From a virus, in the IMG/VR virus record IMGVR_UViG_3300048919_000175, positions 1 to 64,000 of that record: DNA of 64,000 bases, one strand, 5' to 3'. Shown one piece after another: positions 58,882 through 64,000 of this stretch. The notes beneath the pieces were generated by a model. The model saw only the letters and a list, made by a program, of their open reading frames with translations, did not search any database and had not been told where the DNA came from. Positions within the stretch are counted from its first letter, which is position 1, and every line of letters starts with the position of its first letter. A program made the translations under genes and the position numbers.

Positions 58882-59158
58882 GATCTCCATGAGCAACGGC
58901 GCTGAGGCGCAAACCTGATGGAGATTAAAATGGCTGCTGCAAACTTCAACCGCGAATTCACGATCGAAGCCCCGAAGACCTATGCCACCAAGGAAAACAG
59001 CCAGAAGGCAGTTGCGAAGAAGCAGATGGAAGGCTACCGCCATTTCCATATGCAGAACGCTGAGGGCCGCTGGTTCCCGGTCTTCGTTGGCATGGAAGCG
59101 ATGCAGAACGGTATTCACTTTCACTTCAACGTTGTGGCCTGAGGCCAAGGCGGAAAGT

Positions 59159-59183
59159 GCCTCCCTGCTGACGCAGGGAGGGC
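59159..59183. terminator. Hairpin between convergent genes
   Basis: CCTCCCTGC/GCAGGGAGG. Confidence 0.55.
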
Positions 59184-59203
59184 CGCTGAGGGCGCTGACG
59201 CGC

Positions 59204-59713
59204 CTAGAGAATAGAGCGGGCTTGCTTGGCTTGCAGCGCCACGACCTGATCATGGGTCATGGTAATGCGGCGCTGCGTGACCGTAAGCTTGCCTTCCGCG
59301 TCGTACGTCTCGTCCTCTTTGATGCGGTAGTAACCGCCATTACCGTCCTGATAAATGAAGCTCTCGCGCTCCTGCTTGAGCTGCGCTTGCCGTTCGGTAT
59401 TCTTGCGATTGAAATGTTCCCGCCGCGCTTGGTCAACTGAGCGCAGACCGGCCTTCCAGCCGCCGTATCCGCGCGCCGTGTAGTCTGCATCCACCATGCG
59501 GAAGTCAACCCGTATGGCCTCAAGGAAGGCCTCTACCTTGGCCTTGTCGGCGTTATGGTGGCGTGCCAGTAGCAGGAAATTCTTTTCCATTAGATCGATC
59601 AGGGCGGTCGTTGCTGCCTTGGTGCGGTCGTATTGTGCTTGGATTTGTCCCATAAGCTCATCTGCCTCATGCGGCGGGTTCTGCCTATACGGGTGATATG
59701 TTGTATTAACCAT
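59204..59713 (-). CDS. Hypothetical protein
   Basis: AGGAG RBS, coupled to the upstream ORF. Confidence 0.65.
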   Translation of the reverse strand: MVNTTYHPYRQNPPHEADELMGQIQAQYDRTKAATTALIDLMEKNFLLLARHHNADKAKVEAFLEAIRVDFRMVDADYTARGYGGWKAGLRSVDQARREHFNRKNTERQAQLKQERESFIYQDGNGGYYRIKEDETYDAEGKLTVTQRRITMTHDQVVALQAKQARSIL

Positions 59714-60009
59714 TACTTTCTCCTGTTACGTTCTCGTAGTTCTTGGTAGTAAGCATATCGCCCGGTCTGGTCGCGCTTGGGCTTTGGCGTGCCCTTAATG
59801 CGCTTGTTGACCATGCTTACGGTATCCGCAACGCTATCACGAATTTCCACGTTCCACTTGCGCATCTGCTGGTAGCGCGGCCATACGTCGTCAGGCGCGC
59901 CGGTCACGGCTAGAAGGGCATGCCGGGCTGTTGCCGTCCGCCATGACTGGAGGGCATCCAGCACGTCTTGGTAGGCGTTTTCCATGGCATCAAAATCGTC
60001 TTGGCTCAC
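59713..60009 (-). CDS. Hypothetical protein
   Basis: GGAG RBS with GTG start. Confidence 0.6.
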   Translation of the reverse strand: MSQDDFDAMENAYQDVLDALQSWRTATARHALLAVTGAPDDVWPRYQQMRKWNVEIRDSVADTVSMVNKRIKGTPKPKRDQTGRYAYYQELRERNRRK

Positions 60010-60909
60010 TGATTATCTCCCATGGCCCGTGGGCCTTTTGGTATGGTTTTGTGGCGAGTTCACATTGGACAGCTTGTATTTTGTGAGGCCGCTGGCAAAT
60101 TATTACAATATTAATAACCTAGTAGCAAGGCGGAAGACCATGGGCTAGTTGTAAGTCATTGCATTGATAATGGGCAAAGGTTGGGTTTGTAAGGAAAGTA
60201 AACCAAGGTGCATGGATGGCTGTTTTGCGACCTTGGCCCATTGGCCCCAACAAAAACAAGGAGTTGCGGAGCGAAATGTAGATCACAAAGCATTACCGTT
60301 TATATACTTGCTTTGTTATGAGGCTGTAAAATTTTTTTAGCCATTAGGAATTAATTATTATAAAAAGTAGTAGTTAAAATAGTAGTATAGGACAAACCAA
60401 GGTCGTGAGCGGTAATGGTTTGTACTTGCCGCACGCCCGGCATTTCCGAATTCTACTGTCGCGGCTGGCCAATATACGATTTTCCAGACCCGCTTAGAGA
60501 ACTGCCTGTTTTGGGAATTTGGTTTAACCTTTCGTCGCTGAGGCCGGTAGGCTGGCCAATACTTGGGCGGCACCCGCACCTCTCCCTCTCATTCTCGGCA
60601 TTTAGACGACCGTCCTTTTGTACATACTGACTAAAACATGTACTTAGTACACTTTTGCCCTGCACCATGGGCCTAGCGCCCTGCACCTTGCCAGCCTAGA
60701 CATGCGCACACTGCCACAGAGACAGTCAAGGAGCGCAATGGGCCATGGCCCTAGTACCATGCACCCGCCAGCGTGCTAACGCGCTGTACGGCCTGCTCCG
60801 TGGCAAACAAACATTCAAGGAACGCTATGTAGTTCCATAATGCATGTTATGCAACAACAGCAAAAGCTAATATAACCCCTGCCGCTGGCCCTCGGCACCC
60901 TAGACATGC

Positions 60910-60925
60910 TTAACAGATCGTTAAC
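60910..60925. promoter_or_regulatory. CtrA box
   Basis: TTAA-CAGATCG-TTAAC. Confidence 0.6.
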
Positions 60926-61119
60926 GCATACAATTTAATTAAAATGCCACCAAATCGATCTACTCCTAGCGACGATCTAGTGCCCCGCTGCGTCGCGTCT
61001 CCGTGTCTTTTAAATTCCACCAGAATTCTTTTCAACGAAAGGTTGTACGTTTTAAAACCATGCCGGTTGGGAATTGGCCATGGACGATTTGCAGAAAACA
61101 GTTTTCCAATTTCCATGGT

Positions 61120-61157
61120 AAAAACACCTTGTATTTTAGCCAGTCCTCCCTTATACC
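61120..61157 (+). promoter_or_regulatory. Operator copy 4 overlapping the promoter of the Y RNA transcript
   Basis: AAAAACAC-CTT-GTATTTTA, with TTGTAT-17-TATACC. Confidence 0.55.
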
Positions 61158-61269
61158 TACCCCATGCGCCATGGGCGATCGGAGAAGGCACCGGGCCGAC
61201 AGCCCGTGCGATGGTATCCTTTCGTTTGTCAAACTTGGCGCTAACTCGATGGCCCGCCGAATAAAGCGA

Positions 61270-61392
61270 TAGCCATCACATGACGAAGTGCGATATGCGA
61301 AGGTCGGCGGTTCGAGCCCGCCCATGCCCGGAAGGCCGTGTAATCTCAGCTGGTAGAGGGTCACATACCGCACGTGCCGTCTGCAGCGGCTA
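61270..61392 (+). ncRNA. yrlA: YrlA-like bacterial Y RNA (circularly permuted tRNA mimic)
   Basis: GACGAAG matches GNCGAAN(0-1)G. T arm GGCGG-TTCGAGC-CCGCC precedes a GGAA-capped acceptor stem and D arm TCTC-AGCTGGTA-GAGG. 5' and 3' ends pair. Confidence 0.8.
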
Positions 61393-61399
61393 GTCTCTC

Positions 61400-61432
61400 A
61401 AGGCCCATGGCAACCGGAGCCATGGGCCTTTT
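61400..61432 (+). terminator. Rho-independent terminator after the Y RNA
   Basis: AAGGCCCATGGC/GCCATGGGCCTT followed by TT. Confidence 0.8.
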
Positions 61433-61460
61433 GCATTTACAGAACGATCAGGAGCAAACA

Positions 61461-61847
61461 ATGAGCGATAACTACCAAGCAATCTACGACGCAGTGCGAT
61501 CGAGGTTCAGCAATGTCGACGCCAACCAGATCATTCGCGAGCATGTCTCCATGCTGACCAACTCTGCCGGTCATGCCCTCGACATGGCCCGAGCCAATTT
61601 CGATAGCATGCTAGGGGAGCATCAGCGCCCTTCTGTGCTTTATCGGCCAACGCTGACGCAAGACGGCGATCACTGGCTCGCGATCTATGGTGATTTGCAA
61701 TCCGGCGTCGTTGGGGCCGGTCGCACTCCCGCTCAAGCCATGCAGGCGTTCGATCAAGCTTGGCACAAGCCCGCCGTGGCACCACCCAAGCTAAAGCCGA
61801 ACAACTGGCGCGCTCCGCCTCCGCCGAAAGAAAGTTTCATACCATGA
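61461..61847 (+). CDS. Hypothetical protein with HicB-like C-terminal motif
   Basis: AGGAG RBS, DG..W.A.Y.DL..G....G.TP..A...F. Confidence 0.7.
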   Translation: MSDNYQAIYDAVRSRFSNVDANQIIREHVSMLTNSAGHALDMARANFDSMLGEHQRPSVLYRPTLTQDGDHWLAIYGDLQSGVVGAGRTPAQAMQAFDQAWHKPAVAPPKLKPNNWRAPPPPKESFIP

Positions 61848-62465
61848 ACATGGACTATAACACACTAGGCGAGCTCGGCGCGGCAGGCTTCATGATTGGA
61901 GTGTTCCTGTTGTTCCTCCTATTCGCAATTTTCAAGTACGGACCTTAATTATGCCGATGAACGAAGACGAGCTTTACACTCTACTGGAAAAGTACATCCG
62001 CTGGGTCTATCTCTGCGAAGGCACAACATTCATCCACGACCACGGCTCAGAAGAATACTTCTCCAAGGAAGAGCTTGAACAGCTACTTCATTTCTACAAG
62101 AAGCTCAGGGAAGAGTAGCATGGACGCATTTACGATCATAACGCTTATAATCGGCTTGCTCTTGGACTGCATCATCATTGCCGCCTATTTAAAGTCGAAG
62201 CTGTGAAGGACATCCAATGCCCCACTTCACATTCTGGATTATCTTTCTGCCGATGCTGGCGTTTTGGCTCGGGTGTCTCAAGGCCCGTCGCTCAAGTCGT
62301 CGGAGTGAGGATTGCGAGGACTAAGTCATGACACCGCTTAACCCCTGCCAGTTTCGTGAGGTTAAAGCTTGTCAAATAGCTGCGTGGCAGGTAGCATTCT
62401 GAGGCACACTGAAATGTTATCCCCTTCCTCCCGGAAGTTTGCATATTCATTGTTCTCCTGAATTA

Positions 62466-62500
62466 GCCCGCTGTCGTACCCCGGCAGCGGGTCTTTTATT
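62466..62500 (+). terminator. Rho-independent terminator upstream of the large RNA
   Basis: GCCCGCTGTCG/CGGCAGCGGGT stem followed by CTTTTATT. Confidence 0.75.
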
Positions 62501-62506
62501 TTCCAC

Positions 62507-62535
62507 TTGCCTTTGGTAAAATACCTTGTAGTTTA
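62507..62535 (+). promoter_or_regulatory. Promoter plus operator copy 5 for the large structured RNA
   Basis: TTGCCT-16-TAGTTT overlapped by TAAAATAC-CTT-GTAGTTTA. Confidence 0.6.
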
Positions 62536-62542
62536 GGTTCCA

Positions 62543-63074
62543 CTCGCTGCACTGCCTTTGGGGTTCACGGATCCCTCAGTCTTGCAGCCGCGCAGGTGGT
62601 GCAGCGAGCCAGTCGGCAGGGCTGGGAAGTTCAGGCGTGACCCGCGCCTCAGTTTAAAACCGCAAGGTCTGAAAGATGTTGACATCAGGGTGGAGATTTA
62701 CGAGGGCCTTCGGGCCGCTGTGACATGGTCTTACGGCTTGAGCCATGTCCGGGAAAAGAGCGAGCCGTCCCGCGACCGTGACTATCGGTGTTAGGAAGCG
62801 GGTTAGTTTCAGAGATGCGACGTAGGGCTACCAAACCATACCGAGCATAGTAGCAGGTCCGGTTCATTTTACAGGATGGACCGGACCTGTTCGTTTCAGC
62901 GGCGGATTTCCACTCTCCGCCGCGTGGTTGGTATGGCCTCGTCAGCTGGACCAACTGCCCCACCCTCCGTGCCGCATGGAGGGAAGTCGCCGTCCGGGCT
63001 ACCGCCTTTGTCCGGGAAAGAAGGTTGGGTCCGATCCTCGTCGGGCGAGAGCGCTGAGCGACCAGCACCCAACC
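62543..63074 (+). ncRNA. Unclassified large structured ncRNA candidate (~530 nt)
   Basis: More than 15 helices, including nested long-range pairings, UUCG and GCAA tetraloops. Own promoter, no credible CDS. Confidence 0.65.
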
Positions 63075-63088
63075 GCGCTCCACTATTG

Positions 63089-63544
63089 ATGAGGGACAAT
63101 GTGTCTGAGAATAATCTATGGCTTGAGCCGCAAATCACAACAGAACCAATCGAGGGAGCTGATAGATTTATCACATCCCGCCCGCCTGCAGTAGATGATT
63201 TGGTCTATCAGGCGTATACTAGAGGATACGCCAAGCAGGGTCTTCAGGACGCCATGCTTGAATATCAAGTGTGTGGCCCGAGCTATTGGTTCGATGAAGC
63301 CACGTCGCTTAATGCGTGGACCGAGGAATACATCACGGCCCGGCGCGTAGAAGATTTCCGCAAGCAGTATATGCAGGAATGGCCGGACGATCGCCCATGG
63401 CGCGAGGCCGAACGCGAATTCACGCGCATGATCGAGGGCGGCTACACGCGGACCCAAATCCGCAAGATTTTCCTGAATTACTATCCAACAATGACCAACG
63501 TCGATGTCAATCGGATGCTGGCCAAATACGAGGAGGCCAAGTGA
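63089..63544 (+). CDS. Hypothetical protein (start 63089 or 63101)
   Basis: Protein-like sequence begins only after the structured RNA, GAGGG RBS. Confidence 0.6.
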   Translation: MRDNVSENNLWLEPQITTEPIEGADRFITSRPPAVDDLVYQAYTRGYAKQGLQDAMLEYQVCGPSYWFDEATSLNAWTEEYITARRVEDFRKQYMQEWPDDRPWREAEREFTRMIEGGYTRTQIRKIFLNYYPTMTNVDVNRMLAKYEEAK

Positions 63545-63662
63545 TCAGGTACGTTATCAACAAGCGCGTTGGCGGCGGGATCATCATTCGCTGGACCCCG
63601 GCCACGTTCGGCGGCTGGCATAGCCGGTTCTGGCTGATCAACAGCCTAGAGGAATGGAGCGC

Positions 63663-63998
63663 ATGAGCTACGAGCTTGTCAACGAAAACGAGCGCGACCC
63701 CAACAAGGTCTCTGCAAAGGGGACTTTTCTGCTCTATTCTTCGTTAGAACGCGACTTTGGGGCCAATATCGACCTCGCGCCAGACCTTGCGCCGGATGTC
63801 TTTGGGCTCGGCGAGGCTACCCATTTCGACAGTGCCAAGGACCCCGGCTATGTCTGGGTCTGGTTTTCAAATGGCAACATGTTGCGGGTCCCGATCGACA
63901 TGTTCAAGGATTTGCGCTTCAAACTCGACGAAAACATGCGCGATGGCGACCAATATGTCTTTCAATCGCGCGGGTTCACCAAAGGGATGCTCAAATGA
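63663..63998 (+). CDS. Hypothetical protein
   Basis: GGAG RBS, ATGA coupling. Confidence 0.6.
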   Translation: MSYELVNENERDPNKVSAKGTFLLYSSLERDFGANIDLAPDLAPDVFGLGEATHFDSAKDPGYVWVWFSNGNMLRVPIDMFKDLRFKLDENMRDGDQYVFQSRGFTKGMLK

Positions 63999-64000
63999 AG

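Larger units (their letters stand above)
56477..59142 (+). other. Array of promoter-RBS-micro-gene cassettes (56477-56695, 56695-56871, 56868-57149, 57242-57463, 57926-58120, 58229-58423, 58600-58812, 58930-59142)
   Basis: Repeated AATCAGTA(G/T)(A/T)GT -10 element and CAACAAGGAG leader/RBS. Confidence 0.6.

Noticed and set aside
61288-61373. Canonical tRNA gene or two-piece (permuted) alphaproteobacterial tmRNA
   Set aside because: Arms are in T-acceptor-D order with no anticodon loop and no CCA. Unlike tmRNA it has a D stem, no G3-U70 pair, only a 4-nt linker and no tag reading frame. YrlA fits better.
62609-63000. RNase P RNA or group I/II intron (CCAGTCGGCAGGGC and GAGGGAAGTCGCCGTCCGGGCT resemble rnpB pieces)
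   Set aside because: The P4 motif is interrupted and misplaced, and the 3' ACAGAACCCGGCTTA partner is absent. No interrupted host gene, P7 core or domain V was seen.
62876-63088. N-terminal 71 codons of track ORF 62876-63544
   Set aside because: Low-complexity Pro/Ser/Gly translation across RNA helices with no RBS. A better RBS and start lie at ~63089-63101.
63250-63390. Terminase-like fragments (WFDEA, FRKQYMQEW) in the 63089-63544 protein
   Set aside because: Too short, no Walker A, and may be coincidental.
1-64000. Prophage/temperate lifestyle, inteins or homing endonucleases
   Set aside because: No integrase, repressor-antirepressor switch, host flanks, intein motifs or HNH/GIY-YIG genes were recognised.

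Overview
This window is most of a lytic tailed-phage genome, a contractile-tailed myovirus of an alphaproteobacterial (Rhizobiaceae-like) host. Gene order and the unusually Cys-rich virion proteins recall the Agrobacterium phages Milano and 7-7-1 (from recall, not a database search). Layout: (+) 1-24742 packaging, head, neck, Mu-like tail and baseplate, fibres and lysis; (-) 24819-38500 replication (SNF2 helicase, primase, DnaE-type polymerase, exonuclease, SSB) plus a nucleotide-metabolism cluster (HD, ThyX-like, NDT, HAD-like, DUF6378-like); (+) 38709-59142 many small early/accessory genes; and an RNA-rich region at 60-63 kb. No integrase, CRISPR array or canonical tRNA was seen. The most notable signals are non-coding. 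(1) A YrlA-type Y RNA (circularly permuted tRNA mimic, 61270-61392) has no Ro60/Rsr gene in the window. (2) An unannotated, densely nested ~530-nt structured RNA lies at 62543-63074. (3) Both RNAs sit behind copies of one palindromic operator (TAAAATAC-CTT-GTATTTTA, 5 copies). (4) CtrA boxes are helically phased upstream of early promoters, and GANTC appears to be avoided. (5) A two-register pseudoknot and a -1 frameshift flank the tail-chaperone gene. All calls come from reading motifs by eye; nothing was computed or searched.
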